Positions 17,404 to 26,560 of a DNA stretch of 48,939 nt are shown here, piece by piece. The notes under the pieces are model-generated. The model saw only the letters and a program-made list of their open reading frames with translations, made no database searches and was not told the origin of the DNA. The translations under genes and the position numbers were made by a program. The DNA lies in the IMG/VR virus record IMGVR_UViG_2910123500_000001, positions 1 to 48,939 of that record. One strand, written 5' to 3'. The number at the start of each line of letters is the position of its first letter. Positions within the stretch are counted from its first letter, which is position 1. Source of the DNA: a virus.

Positions 17404-17937
17404 ATGGATCTCAGCCCTGCAGAACAGTCTATTAAGGTCCGGCTAGCCCCCCTCAAGCAATTGGGCCTGCGCACCCTGCCTGAGACGGCAGCTGAGGCAG
17501 GCGTGGTAAGCGGCAATGGAACCCTGACCCTGCAATGGACCTCTGACGAACCCGGCGCGGCCACCGACACAATGAGCCGAATGCAGGACTGCGCGGTCAA
17601 TTGGGAAATTGACGGGCGTGTGCGTGGCCTGCGTAACCCCACTCAGGGACTGATCAAAATACGGCAGCTGCTCTACTGGCTGACCATTGGCTTTAAGCCA
17701 GACGGCTGCGGCCCGCTCTACGCTACGGGGTTTCAGTTTCTTGAGCGTGAGAACAACTACTGGCGGTTCAAATATCAGATGGCCTGCAAGAGCAAGCTGA
17801 TTGGCCTTGGCATGGAAGAACCCGGCGACCTGGGTGTGAACCTGAGAGAAATCTTCTTCGACGCCGTGGAGTTGAGCGATCGCTACGGCATCAGCATCTC
17901 GGAGGGAGACCTGCCAGAACCGCCCCCAATTATCTAG
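17404..17937 (+). CDS. Hypothetical tail-completion-like protein
   Basis: Internal ATG of the 16960-17937 ORF. The upstream part of that ORF overlaps the 16932-17345 gene in another frame. Confidence 0.4.
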   Translation: MDLSPAEQSIKVRLAPLKQLGLRTLPETAAEAGVVSGNGTLTLQWTSDEPGAATDTMSRMQDCAVNWEIDGRVRGLRNPTQGLIKIRQLLYWLTIGFKPDGCGPLYATGFQFLERENNYWRFKYQMACKSKLIGLGMEEPGDLGVNLREIFFDAVELSDRYGISISEGDLPEPPPII

Positions 17938-17949
17938 GGAACACTGCGG
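17937..17949 (+). promoter_or_regulatory. Late-leader motif GGGAACACTGCGG
   Basis: Identical to the copy at 9689. A 24-nt gap separates its end from the ATG at 17974. Confidence 0.6.
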
Positions 17950-17973
17950 GGGACAAAGCATTTTGGCCCCGCC

Positions 17974-18225
17974 ATGCCCAGATATCTCTACAGCGGCCCC
18001 AGAACCGCCATCAGCCTTCCCCCTGCCTCTGAGGGCCAACCGCCTCAGGAGGTGGCTTTGGTTCCCCATCAGGAGGTGGAGCTGCCTGCTGAGCTGCCCT
18101 ATGTGCAGCGGCTGGTTGGCAAAGGCCAGCTGGTTGCGATCGCAGCAGAGCCTGAGGCAGAAGCTGAGCCCAAACCCACGCGCAGCCGCACCACCCGCAC
18201 AACCAAGGAAGAGGGGGATAGTTAA
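17974..18225 (+). CDS. Small hypothetical protein
   Basis: 83 aa; its stop codon overlaps the sheath ATG. Confidence 0.35.
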   Translation: MPRYLYSGPRTAISLPPASEGQPPQEVALVPHQEVELPAELPYVQRLVGKGQLVAIAAEPEAEAEPKPTRSRTTRTTKEEGDS

Positions 18226-19733
18226 TGGTTACAGGTTTTTCCCACGGCGTATTTACCCGCTACGTCGATACCGTCCCCCGCCCAGTCACGGTGGTTCCCA
18301 GCGCAGTGATTGCGATTGTGGGCACTGCGCCAACCTACCGATTGGCAGCTGTTGACAGGCATTTGAACGACCCAGTGCGCGTGATCAACGACGTTGATGA
18401 CGCTCAGTTTGGAGGCCCTAAAAGCATGGGCTTCACTATCCCCTATGCTCTCGACGCACTGCGCGACAACGGCGCGGGCACCGTCGAGATTGTCAACGTC
18501 TTTAATGCGAACGTCCACAAGACCACGGCCCAGGCCGTGAGCCACACCTTCGCAACCACTGGGGCAATGGCTGACAAGCTGCAGCTGCAGCAGGTAACGG
18601 GCACTGCTCCCACCCAGACGGTGGTAAGCGGAACCAAGGCTGAAGGCCTGACGGACACCTTCACCCTCACCAACCAGGCCGGGGGCACGACCTACGCGGC
18701 GGGCACCGACTACACGTATGACGCCATCACGGGCATCGTCTCTCGCGTGAGCGGCGGCACTATCCCCAGCGGAAGTCAGGTCAAAGTGACCTACACCTAC
18801 GCTGACCCATCGAAAGCAACCTCGACTGACGTTGTTGGGGCGGTCACCAATGGCGATCGCACTGGCCTGCAGGCGCTCAAGGATATCTACAACCTGCGTG
18901 GCTACCGGCCCAAAATCATTATCTGTCCTGGCTTTAGCGACCTGACCACGGTGGCTGCTGAGATGGGTGCGATCGCAAATGACCTGGAAGCCTACTACAT
19001 CCTCGACAGCGCGGTGGGCCTCACTCGGGATGAGGCTGTTGCAGGCCGAGCTGGGACATCGCCAGCGGCCAACTTCGGCACGGCATCCCGGCGGGCCATC
19101 TTGGCCTACCCCCGCGTCTATGACACGCAAGAGGTGCCTCAGTTACAACCCTATAGCCAGTATCTGGCTGGCGTGATGGCCAACACCGACGCTGAGCTGG
19201 GCTACTGGTGGAGCCCTTCTAACAAGCCAATCCAGGGGATTACGGGCGTTGAGCGCCGCCTGACGGCAGATTTTACCGACCCCAATACGGACGTGACAGC
19301 CCTCAACGCGGCTGGCGTGACCACCATTTACAACAATTTCGGCAGCGGGTTCCTGGTGTGGGGCAACCGCTCTGCGCTGTACCCCAGCGACACCACGCCG
19401 CTCAACTTTATCGCCGTGGGCCGCACGCTGGACATCTTCCACGAGTCGCTGCAGCGGGCCTCGCTCCCGTTTGTAGACCGGCCCATCAACAACGCTCTGA
19501 TCGATGCGATCGTCGAAACCGGCAATGGTTTCATCCGTGAGCAGGTCATCCTGGGGGCGCTGCTGGAGGGCTCAAAACTGTTTTACGACAAGGCTAAAAA
19601 CCCGCCCACCTCGCTGGCTGCGGGCCGCATCGTGTTCAGCATCAGCATGATGATCCCGACCCCCGCCGAGACCATCATCTTCGAGACCACGCTCGATATC
19701 AACCTGCTCGGCAATCTGGGAGGCAATAGCTAA
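18225..19733 (+). CDS. Tail sheath protein
   Basis: 502 aa. The N-terminus GVFTRYVDTVPRPVTVVPSAVIAIVGTAP is typical of sheath proteins, and the tube gene follows. Confidence 0.85.
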   Translation: MVTGFSHGVFTRYVDTVPRPVTVVPSAVIAIVGTAPTYRLAAVDRHLNDPVRVINDVDDAQFGGPKSMGFTIPYALDALRDNGAGTVEIVNVFNANVHKTTAQAVSHTFATTGAMADKLQLQQVTGTAPTQTVVSGTKAEGLTDTFTLTNQAGGTTYAAGTDYTYDAITGIVSRVSGGTIPSGSQVKVTYTYADPSKATSTDVVGAVTNGDRTGLQALKDIYNLRGYRPKIIICPGFSDLTTVAAEMGAIANDLEAYYILDSAVGLTRDEAVAGRAGTSPAANFGTASRRAILAYPRVYDTQEVPQLQPYSQYLAGVMANTDAELGYWWSPSNKPIQGITGVERRLTADFTDPNTDVTALNAAGVTTIYNNFGSGFLVWGNRSALYPSDTTPLNFIAVGRTLDIFHESLQRASLPFVDRPINNALIDAIVETGNGFIREQVILGALLEGSKLFYDKAKNPPTSLAAGRIVFSISMMIPTPAETIIFETTLDINLLGNLGGNS

Positions 19734-20252
19734 ATGAGCAAAATCTACAACTTCGACACCCTGGCGGTCTGGCTTGACGGTGTTAGCTTGGCAGGCCACA
19801 TCAATGAGGTTGAGCTGCCGGAACTGGAATTTGACATGCGCGAGCACGAGAGCCTAGCGCTGCGGGGCACTAGCGAGTATCCCACTCGCATGAATGCCCT
19901 TGAATGCACCATCACCTGGGCAGACTACACCCCCGAACTGGCCAGGGCAGCAGCCAACCCGTTTAAGGCCGTAAACCTGCAGATGCGAGCCAACTTTGCT
20001 GAATACACGGCTGGCAGCAAGACCGGCGATGTGCTCCAGGTGATCAGCCTAACTGGGCGCTTCAAAAACAATCAGCTGGGCTCCTACAGCCCCGGCGAGA
20101 TGGAGCGCGAGTCAGTCTTGGCCATCGACTACGTGAAAGAGGTCTGGAACGGTCAGGTCATGCTGGAATTCTCTGTCAACCCTCCCATCTACCGCTCTGG
20201 CCCCGGGGCTCCTGACCTGTTCGCGCTACTGAGAGCCAACCTGGGTCTCTAG
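19734..20252 (+). CDS. Tail tube protein (P2 FII-like)
   Basis: NFDTLAVWLDGVSLAGHINEVELPELEF...ECTITW pattern. Confidence 0.75.
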   Translation: MSKIYNFDTLAVWLDGVSLAGHINEVELPELEFDMREHESLALRGTSEYPTRMNALECTITWADYTPELARAAANPFKAVNLQMRANFAEYTAGSKTGDVLQVISLTGRFKNNQLGSYSPGEMERESVLAIDYVKEVWNGQVMLEFSVNPPIYRSGPGAPDLFALLRANLGL

Positions 20253-20305
20253 CCTTCTACCTTTCATCCTCCGCCCCCTGCCCTCTACCCACTCACCCCT
20301 AAATC

Positions 20306-20716
20306 ATGACCACCAACCTAGAAGTTATCCGCACCCTGGAACCCGCTGCAGCTCCTGCTTCCAGCGTCAGCCTGCCCTCCTCTGATCCGGTGGCTCACGC
20401 CTGGGACGGTCGGCCCATCTACCAGATCTCGGAAGAAGACTTGGATGCGGATGCATATTTCCAATTTCAACGGATGGCCACGCAGAACAAAAAGAACCCC
20501 GATGAGGCCATGCGCTGGCTCATGATTCGGCTGTTCACGCTGGGAGATTGCGATCGCATGACGCTAGACCACATCAGCGGCAAACCCTCGCAGAATCCCC
20601 AGTGCATCGGCTTTAAAGCGCTAGCCATCCTGGGCACGCTCACCGGGCAGTTTGTCTCGGGGATGCCCTCGGGAAAGGACTCGTCCACCTCTGCCGATTT
20701 GCAGGATGGAGTTTAG
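20306..20716 (+). CDS. Tail assembly chaperone (gpE/G-like)
   Basis: Located between the tube and tape measure genes and contains a slippery heptamer. Confidence 0.7.
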   Translation: MTTNLEVIRTLEPAAAPASSVSLPSSDPVAHAWDGRPIYQISEEDLDADAYFQFQRMATQNKKNPDEAMRWLMIRLFTLGDCDRMTLDHISGKPSQNPQCIGFKALAILGTLTGQFVSGMPSGKDSSTSADLQDGV

Positions 20717-20841
20717 GCGATTTTAGAGGGCTCTCGGTAGCTGAGCTGCGCTATTGGATTGACGAGATATCAGCAGCTCAGAAGGACGTGGCTGAGGCAG
20801 AAGAGCAGGCCCGACGTGAAGCGGAGAAAAAGCGAAAATGA
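20306..20841 (+). CDS. Chaperone -1 frameshift product (E+E' / GT-like)
   Basis: The -1 frame is open from 20617 to a TGA at 20839-20841 that overlaps the tape measure ATG. The extension reads ...DFRGLSVAELRYWIDEISAAQKD.... Confidence 0.65.
20671..20677 (+). promoter_or_regulatory. Slippery heptamer G GGA AAG (-1 programmed frameshift site)
   Basis: X XXY YYZ in the zero frame (S-G-K). This is the same heptamer used at lambda G/GT. Confidence 0.65.
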
Positions 20842-23081
20842 GCGTCGAGTCACTGCAAATCTTGCTGGAGGCCGTAGACCAGGCCTCTCAACCGATTCAG
20901 GCTGTTGCCGATTCGATTGAGGGGCTAACTAAGCTATCAGGCGACATGAAGTCGCTCGGCCAGGGCGTCTCTGACTTTGGCCAGGGCATGGTCCGCAACG
21001 TCACGCTGCCCATTGTGGCGGGCCTGGGCGAAGCGGCGCGGGTGGCGATTGAATTTGAGTCAGTAATGGCCGACCTGAACAAGGCCTACGGCTTTGAGCA
21101 GGGCACTCAGGAAGCAGCCGAAGGTCAGCGGGTGGTCAAGAAGCTCAGCATGGAGCTGGGACGAATGCCCACCGACATTGCTGCGATCGGCACCGAGGCC
21201 GGTAAGCTCGGCGTCAAATTTGACCAGTTCGAGGACTACACGCGCCTGGTCACCAGTGCGAGCGTGGCCTTTGACATGAGCGCCCAGCAGGCCGGTGAGA
21301 GCATTGGCGTGATTACCAACGTGCTCGGCTACATGGATAACCAGGGTCGGGTCAACATTGAGGGCTTGGGCAAGCTCGGCGATGCCATCAACTTCCTGGC
21401 TGACAGCGGGGCCACCTCCGAGAGCGCCATCATTGGCGTGCTTCAGCGGGCGGGTGGCACGACCCGAACTTTTGGCCTGGCCAGCGAGTCGGCGGCAGCG
21501 CTGGCGGCGAGCTTCCTCAACCTGGGCTACCCCCCTGAGGTGGTGGGGACGGCGCTCAACGGAATGCTGCCAATGCTGCAAAATGCCACCCAGCAGACGA
21601 GCAAATTCCAGCAGACCCTAGAGGATATCGGGCTCCCAGCGGCTGAGCTGGAGAAGATGATCAAGCAGGATGCGGTGGGAGCTATCGACACTCTGCTGCA
21701 GACCATTGCAGACTCGGGCGACACATCGGTCATCTCTAAGATGTTCGGCACCGGCAGCGATGCGGCCATGATGACCAGCATGGTGCAGAACTTGGAGCTA
21801 TTCAGAAAGACCATGGGCAGCCTCGACAAGGTGGAGGCGGGCTCGATGATGGACACGTTTGCCAAGCGCAGTGCCACGACAGCGGCTGGACTAGAGCGGC
21901 TGCGGGCTACCACCTACATCTTGAGAAATGAGATCGGCTCGGCCCTGCTGCCAGCCATCAACAGCATTTTGGGGGCTTTAACGCCTCTCGTGCAAAAGTT
22001 TGCGACCTTTGCAGAAGCCAACCCTCAAATCGTCAAAATGGGCATTGCCCTGCTGCTGGTGGCCGCCGCAATTGGCCCTATTGCGATCGCAATAGGCGGC
22101 GTCATAACCACTCTTGCAGCCATCCCAGCGGCTCTAGCAGGCTGGCAGGCGCTGATGCTGATGTTTGCCTCAGGCGGTGGCATAGCGGCGGCTCTGGGGA
22201 CCGTGAAAGCGATGATCATGGGCGTTGTGACCAGCGCGGCAAGCCTAGGAGCCATCCTGCTTGGGGTGGTCTATGGCGTGTTTGCCCTGGGTGGCGCACT
22301 GATGGGCGTGAGCGTGAGCTTCGGCACCTTTCTGCAGACCATCAAGTTTTCGCTGATGGAGCTGCCTGCCAACCTGGCAGCGCTGCCCGCAGCGGTGGGA
22401 GCAATCTTCTCTGCGATGGCTGCAGCAGCCCGCATGGCTGTGATGAACATCGTCATCACGTTCAGGATGATGGTCACCACCATGAGCAGCGTGTGGGCCC
22501 AGGTGAGGGCGGTGGCCACCGCTGGCGTAATGAGCGTTGTGGCCGCTATTCGCGCCGGAGCATCTGCTGCTGTGAGCGCTGTAACAGGCATGGGCAGTGC
22601 AATTCTCGCTAGCATCCGTGCGATCGCATCCCAAGCATTTGCAGCGGGCAGAAACATCGTCACCCGCATCGCAGACGGCATCAGGTCGGGCATTGGGGCG
22701 GTGCAATCGGCAGTCAGCTCGGTGGCCGCAGCGGTGCGCTCCTTCCTGCCCAACTCGCCGGTGCCAGAAGGGCCTTTGACCATCCTCAACAACCTCAGCA
22801 ACAACCCAGGCACCAAAATCGTGGAGATGCTGGCGGCGGGCATGGCCGGAGCAGCTGGCACCCTGGGCGACACAATGGGTGCGGTGGGTGGCGGCGCGGT
22901 GGGTGGCCTGAATGTGCCGGTGAGCGCCGGCGGCGGCAGCGCCCCTGTGAGCATCGTCGTGCAGGTGAATGGGGTGGGCAATGCGCAGGAGGCTGAGGCT
23001 ATTGGCGACAGCTTCGCTCAGCGGGTGCGCCAGGTGTTAAGCGACGTGGAGCGGCAGAAGGCACGAGTCAGCTATGGTTAA
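20838..23081 (+). CDS. Tail tape measure protein
   Basis: 747 aa, rich in Ala/Gly and helices with central hydrophobic segments, in the canonical position. Confidence 0.85.
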   Translation: MSVESLQILLEAVDQASQPIQAVADSIEGLTKLSGDMKSLGQGVSDFGQGMVRNVTLPIVAGLGEAARVAIEFESVMADLNKAYGFEQGTQEAAEGQRVVKKLSMELGRMPTDIAAIGTEAGKLGVKFDQFEDYTRLVTSASVAFDMSAQQAGESIGVITNVLGYMDNQGRVNIEGLGKLGDAINFLADSGATSESAIIGVLQRAGGTTRTFGLASESAAALAASFLNLGYPPEVVGTALNGMLPMLQNATQQTSKFQQTLEDIGLPAAELEKMIKQDAVGAIDTLLQTIADSGDTSVISKMFGTGSDAAMMTSMVQNLELFRKTMGSLDKVEAGSMMDTFAKRSATTAAGLERLRATTYILRNEIGSALLPAINSILGALTPLVQKFATFAEANPQIVKMGIALLLVAAAIGPIAIAIGGVITTLAAIPAALAGWQALMLMFASGGGIAAALGTVKAMIMGVVTSAASLGAILLGVVYGVFALGGALMGVSVSFGTFLQTIKFSLMELPANLAALPAAVGAIFSAMAAAARMAVMNIVITFRMMVTTMSSVWAQVRAVATAGVMSVVAAIRAGASAAVSAVTGMGSAILASIRAIASQAFAAGRNIVTRIADGIRSGIGAVQSAVSSVAAAVRSFLPNSPVPEGPLTILNNLSNNPGTKIVEMLAAGMAGAAGTLGDTMGAVGGGAVGGLNVPVSAGGGSAPVSIVVQVNGVGNAQEAEAIGDSFAQRVRQVLSDVERQKARVSYG

Positions 23082-23553
23082 CAGCGCCATTACCCCTAAC
23101 AAACGGCCTAAAGCAGGCACCCAACCCTTTGGCCTGCTGGGCGATATCGAGATTGAGGTCAGCCTGGCCCCGCGCAAATTTAGCTACAACGAGGGCAGCA
23201 GCTTTGCCGAGCACCCCCGCATTGAGGGCACACCAACCCTCCAATACACGGGGGAGGAGCTGCGCAACCTCGATTTGGCGTTTCGGTTTCACTTTGGCTG
23301 GTGCAACCCGGATGAGCAGCTGAAGAAACTGCAGAAAGCCCGGCGCGATCGCAAGCCGATGCTGCTGCTGATTGGCACTGGCAGGTTCAAGACCTACTAC
23401 GTGATTGAGGAGATCAAAGTTGCGCTGACGGACTGCCTGCCCGACGGCGTGACCCTCTCGATTGAGGTTGATGTAAAGCTGGTCGAGACGACTGATCGGC
23501 CTAAGCCGCTGAGCTTGCAGTCCGCCAGCCCCTTCAAGAAGAGGTTGGTCTGA
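23074..23553 (+). CDS. Tail protein, P2 gpU-like
   Basis: FGLLGDIEIEV...FAEHPRIEGTPTLQYTGEELRNLDLAFRF pattern. Confidence 0.65.
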   Translation: MVNSAITPNKRPKAGTQPFGLLGDIEIEVSLAPRKFSYNEGSSFAEHPRIEGTPTLQYTGEELRNLDLAFRFHFGWCNPDEQLKKLQKARRDRKPMLLLIGTGRFKTYYVIEEIKVALTDCLPDGVTLSIEVDVKLVETTDRPKPLSLQSASPFKKRLV

Positions 23554-23771
23554 TGGAATTCACGGCATATCAGACTCTGCAGGGGCAACGGTGGGACGCG
23601 ATCGCTCAGGCGGTCTACGGCTCACCCTATGCCTATGAGGGCATCATTTTCGCTAATCCCCAGTACCGGCACCTGCTACAGCTGCCGGGGGGCGTGGTGC
23701 TGCGCATTCCGGTGGTGGCTCAGACCGAGCCGACGATTCCCAAGGAACTGCTGCCGCCGTGGAAGCGCTAG
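23553..23771 (+). CDS. Tail protein X (LysM-like, P2 gpX-like)
   Basis: YQTLQGQRWDAIAQAVYG...LPGGVVLRIPV pattern. Confidence 0.7.
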   Translation: MEFTAYQTLQGQRWDAIAQAVYGSPYAYEGIIFANPQYRHLLQLPGGVVLRIPVVAQTEPTIPKELLPPWKR

Positions 23772-24232
23772 ACCCTATCAGGGCAGAGCTGTGCTGGCGG
23801 CCCGCTGGGGTTCACCGCACATGGCATGAAGGGATTCGGGTCGAAGTACTTGCAGCCGGGGCAGCCTGCAAAGCGGGATACGGCTGGAGGTGAGGGTGGT
23901 GGGGCAGCTGGCGGGTCGATGATGCAGCGGCAACGCGGGAGCGGCGGCAGGGATGCCCATCGCTCTCGGAACGCCTCACTAGCAGCAAGAAGCTCTGGGC
24001 CAAGATTCTCAAAGACTTTTGTTGCTGCTCGAAGCGCCGCCGCCAATGGCTCAATATTCACTGAAATTCGTAACTGCATCGACCGCCGATGGTGCAGCTT
24101 TCCACCTCGGTATCTGAGCTTGCCGGTAGTCAGCAGGGTGTAAATGCGCTGATACGAAAGCCCAGACTCGGCTCTGTAGGCTGCGATCGCAACCTGGGCC
24201 GAGTCTGGGCTGATTTGGAATAGCTGAGTCAT
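23768..24232 (-). CDS. HTH plus Cys-rich C-terminal domain protein
   Basis: N-terminus AIAAYRAESGLSYQRIYTLLTTGKL is HTH-like. C-terminus is CRC...GCPGCKYFDPNPFMPCAVNP. The ORF extends to 24268. Confidence 0.4.
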   Translation of the reverse strand: MTQLFQISPDSAQVAIAAYRAESGLSYQRIYTLLTTGKLRYRGGKLHHRRSMQLRISVNIEPLAAALRAATKVFENLGPELLAASEAFRERWASLPPLPRCRCIIDPPAAPPPSPPAVSRFAGCPGCKYFDPNPFMPCAVNPSGPPAQLCPDRV

Positions 24233-24303
24233 TACCACGGTTAGGCGGACAATGTGGCGCTCAGTCATGGCGAGTTGATTGAGAGATGTCCAATTCTACC
24301 CAC

Positions 24304-24594
24304 TCACATCGGGTCGATCCCAATAACCAGCGCCTGGTCTAGCCACTGGCTAATCGTCGCTCTGTTGCCGCCGGTGACCATCGCATCAAAGCTCTGCCGC
24401 AGCACCTCTAGCTGGCCAGTATCGTCGCGCCACCCTGGGTAAAAGGCCCAGATCCGGAAATAGGCAGCCAGGTGCGATCGCTCTTCGGCTGTCAGCTCCC
24501 GATCTTCTGTGCAGTAGACCTTTACGGCTTTGGCCAGCTCGCCGCTGGTCTCGTTTCGCCAGTAGACAAGGATGTTTTCCACTATCTCCTCCAA
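24304..24594 (-). CDS. Hypothetical protein
   Basis: 96-aa ORF with a non-ATG (TTG or GTG) start. Confidence 0.35.
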   Translation of the reverse strand: MEEIVENILVYWRNETSGELAKAVKVYCTEDRELTAEERSHLAAYFRIWAFYPGWRDDTGQLEVLRQSFDAMVTGGNRATISQWLDQALVIGIDPM

Positions 24595-24740
24595 ATGAAC
24601 AGATCTGACTGAGCTTTTTTCCAGTCCTGATGGCCAGAGCGAGGGACGTTGACCACAACGGGACCATCAGGGGTTTGAGCGATCATTTCGCGGATGCAGG
24701 GCACCTCACGGATCAAAACGACAGGGGCTTGTGGGGGCAT
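24582..24740 (-). CDS. Small hypothetical protein
   Basis: Internal ATG of the 24582-24839 ORF, 16 nt after the stop codon of the preceding small ORF. Confidence 0.3.
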   Translation of the reverse strand: MPPQAPVVLIREVPCIREMIAQTPDGPVVVNVPRSGHQDWKKAQSDLFIWRR

Positions 24741-24756
24741 AGTTGTAGGTTCAACT

Positions 24757-24897
24757 TTTAGCTTGGCTTGTGATGCGTTGGCGGGTAAGCACGTTGCCGT
24801 TGGCGTCAACTTTGTAGGTGAAGGCCTTGGGGTCGCCACCGAGGAAAAAGTGGGTGACGTAGGCTCTTTGAGTCTCGTTCAAGTCTTCGTAAAACAT
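24757..24897 (-). CDS. Small hypothetical protein (46 aa; below the ORF-track cut-off)
   Basis: Hand translation gives MFYEDLNETQRAYVTHFFLGGDPKAFTYKVDANGNVLTRQRITSQAKS. Confidence 0.25.
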
Positions 24898-24924
24898 ATT
24901 GGGTGAAATAAAGTTGCGGGGAAT

Positions 24925-25374
24925 CTAGGCAGTTCCTTGGGCCTGGCGCACCCAGGCGATCAGCTTTTGCTGCCACTGGCGGTCTCTCTGCTGGTGCAGG
25001 TAGACGCCGATGCCAAACAGCTCGCAGGCTGAGCGAATAGCGTCGGCGGTGGCCCGTTCGATGGGGTCACCCTGGGCCATGTCGTTGCCGTCTCTGCTGA
25101 TCAGCTCGTGCTCGGCTGAACCTGGGGCCTGGCGGGGCACTCCGCAGATGGTTAGGGTGCAGCGGATCACGCAAAACCGCTTGTCTTCATGCACCAGGAA
25201 GATGGGGTCTGAAAATGCGATCGCCCAGTCTTCGGGGCAAATCTGGTCAAGGTAGGCCAGCAGGCTCCTCCAAGGGATGAAGACCCACTGCCCGCCACCG
25301 GGCAGCTTGCGAATCCGGTGAACCTCTGGAGGCAGCTTGGCAGTGAGCTTAGGCAGGACTTCAGTGAGTTTCAT
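24925..25374 (-). CDS. Rad52/DUF1071-like single-strand annealing protein
   Basis: LPGGGQWVFIPWRSLLAYLDQICPEDWAIAF and ATADAIRSACELFGIGVYL resemble conserved Rad52-family segments. Confidence 0.5.
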   Translation of the reverse strand: MKLTEVLPKLTAKLPPEVHRIRKLPGGGQWVFIPWRSLLAYLDQICPEDWAIAFSDPIFLVHEDKRFCVIRCTLTICGVPRQAPGSAEHELISRDGNDMAQGDPIERATADAIRSACELFGIGVYLHQQRDRQWQQKLIAWVRQAQGTA

Positions 25375-25540
25375 TGGTCTTCTCCTGGCGAAAATCTTTG
25401 GTCAGTTCGTCAACAACTCGCGCCTGCTCTTGAAGCCAAACGGCGCGGTGGATGGCCTGCTGCTGGGTGAGTGTCGGATCAGCTTTCCGAAGCCGGTTGG
25501 CTATGGCCTGTGTTTGTCGGGAAACTTGAGGCTCGGTCAT
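25361..25540 (-). CDS. Small protein (59 aa), paralog of the 34322-34453 ORF
   Basis: Hand translation gives MTEPQVSRQTQAIANRLRKADPTLTQQQAIHRAVWLQEQAR.... About 15/31 residues match the other copy. Confidence 0.45.
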   Translation of the reverse strand: MTEPQVSRQTQAIANRLRKADPTLTQQQAIHRAVWLQEQARVVDELTKDFRQEKTNETH

Positions 25541-25602
25541 TTTTCAATTGCTGTAGGGAGTGCTGGAGTGAGGCGAAGGGCGGGGCGGCCCGCCCGTGGG
25601 AT

Positions 25603-26097
25603 TTAGCAGTCAGTTAGCGGCTGCGGGTCGCGCTCGGTCCAGCTCCAGTTCACGGTGTTGGCAGACTGGGTAGCGTAGACAATTTGGCCTTGGCTGTCGC
25701 GGGGGCGTCGGCCCAGTTCGCGCAGGTAGCCCTCCAGATAGGGGCGGTTGAGGAATCGGATTGCATTGCCAAAGGCGGCATCGCAGCTGCCCCAGCAGCG
25801 CCACTCGGTCTCATCCATGACAGCGTCACGCTCGTCGATGGCGATGCGCAGGGTGACCTCCTGAGTGGAGGGTGCGATCGCATTGAGCCGGGCCAGCAGC
25901 TGCTCGATATCAGGCTCGGTGTCGCGGCCAGAGCCACGGTTAATGCCGGGAGCTGCGACGGCGGTAGAACTTGCGATCGCGGGAAATGTTGATACCATTT
26001 GAGTTGAAACTCCATCGATGTGGTTTTCGCAAAACCCCCGCCGACGCCCTGGAAAAGCTGGTGGGGGTTTTGTTGTGTGAGCGGTTAGGTGGCTCAC
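25603..26097 (-). CDS. Hypothetical protein, first gene of the minus-strand cassette
   Basis: An alternative ATG at 25998 has a GGAG Shine-Dalgarno sequence. Divergent from the 26175 gene across a palindromic operator. Confidence 0.4.
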   Translation of the reverse strand: MSHLTAHTTKPPPAFPGRRRGFCENHIDGVSTQMVSTFPAIASSTAVAAPGINRGSGRDTEPDIEQLLARLNAIAPSTQEVTLRIAIDERDAVMDETEWRCWGSCDAAFGNAIRFLNRPYLEGYLRELGRRPRDSQGQIVYATQSANTVNWSWTERDPQPLTDC

Positions 26098-26108
26098 ACC
26101 TCCTATTG

Positions 26109-26155
26109 TCTACAATAGATTGTAGATTGTCAATGCCCTATAATAGGCTATTGAC
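26109..26155. promoter_or_regulatory. Operator/promoter region with palindromes
   Basis: Perfect TCTACAAT-AG-ATTGTAGA at 26109-26126. Imperfect GTCAATGCC...GGCTATTGAC at 26129-26155 encloses TATAAT at 26139-26144. Confidence 0.6.
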
Positions 26156-26174
26156 TAATACTAGTTAACTGTTT

Positions 26175-26450
26175 ATGATTGCCTCACAAAGACTGATAAT
26201 TCGGGAGGCGATTATGACGGCTGCGTTGATGGCGACTATTGATATTTCTGCGTTTTGGCCTGAGGCCAAGACAGTAAACGCTGTGTACGTGGAGTATGGG
26301 CCTAAATTTGGCCTCAATGCTTACACGCTCAAGAAGGCTAAAGAGGGGGATTTGGAGAGCGCAAAGATGGACAACCTGCTGGCTCTGCGACGGCTGTGCA
26401 GCGAATGGGCAGGGCGCGAAGTCTCTCTAGACGAAATTGTCAGGAGCTAG
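26175..26450 (+). CDS. Small Cro/XRE-like regulator (putative)
   Basis: Divergent from the cassette. LNAYTLKKAKEGD...MDNLLALRRLCSEWAGREVSLDEIV is HTH-like. An alternative ATG lies at 26214. Confidence 0.35.
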   Translation: MIASQRLIIREAIMTAALMATIDISAFWPEAKTVNAVYVEYGPKFGLNAYTLKKAKEGDLESAKMDNLLALRRLCSEWAGREVSLDEIVRS

Positions 26451-26521
26451 GCCGTGCTTAAGCACGACTCGGTGGGCCGCTCCGAGCTGCGCCCCTAATT
26501 TTTCCGCCGCATCGGAATGAG

Positions 26522-26555
26522 GCACTAGCCCCCGGCACTCGCTGGGGGCTAGTGC
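26522..26555 (+). other. Perfect 12-bp-stem hairpin
   Basis: GCACTAGCCCCC-ggcactcgct-GGGGGCTAGTGC with no T-run. It sits immediately before the motif at 26561. Confidence 0.6.
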
Positions 26556-26560
26556 TGCAG

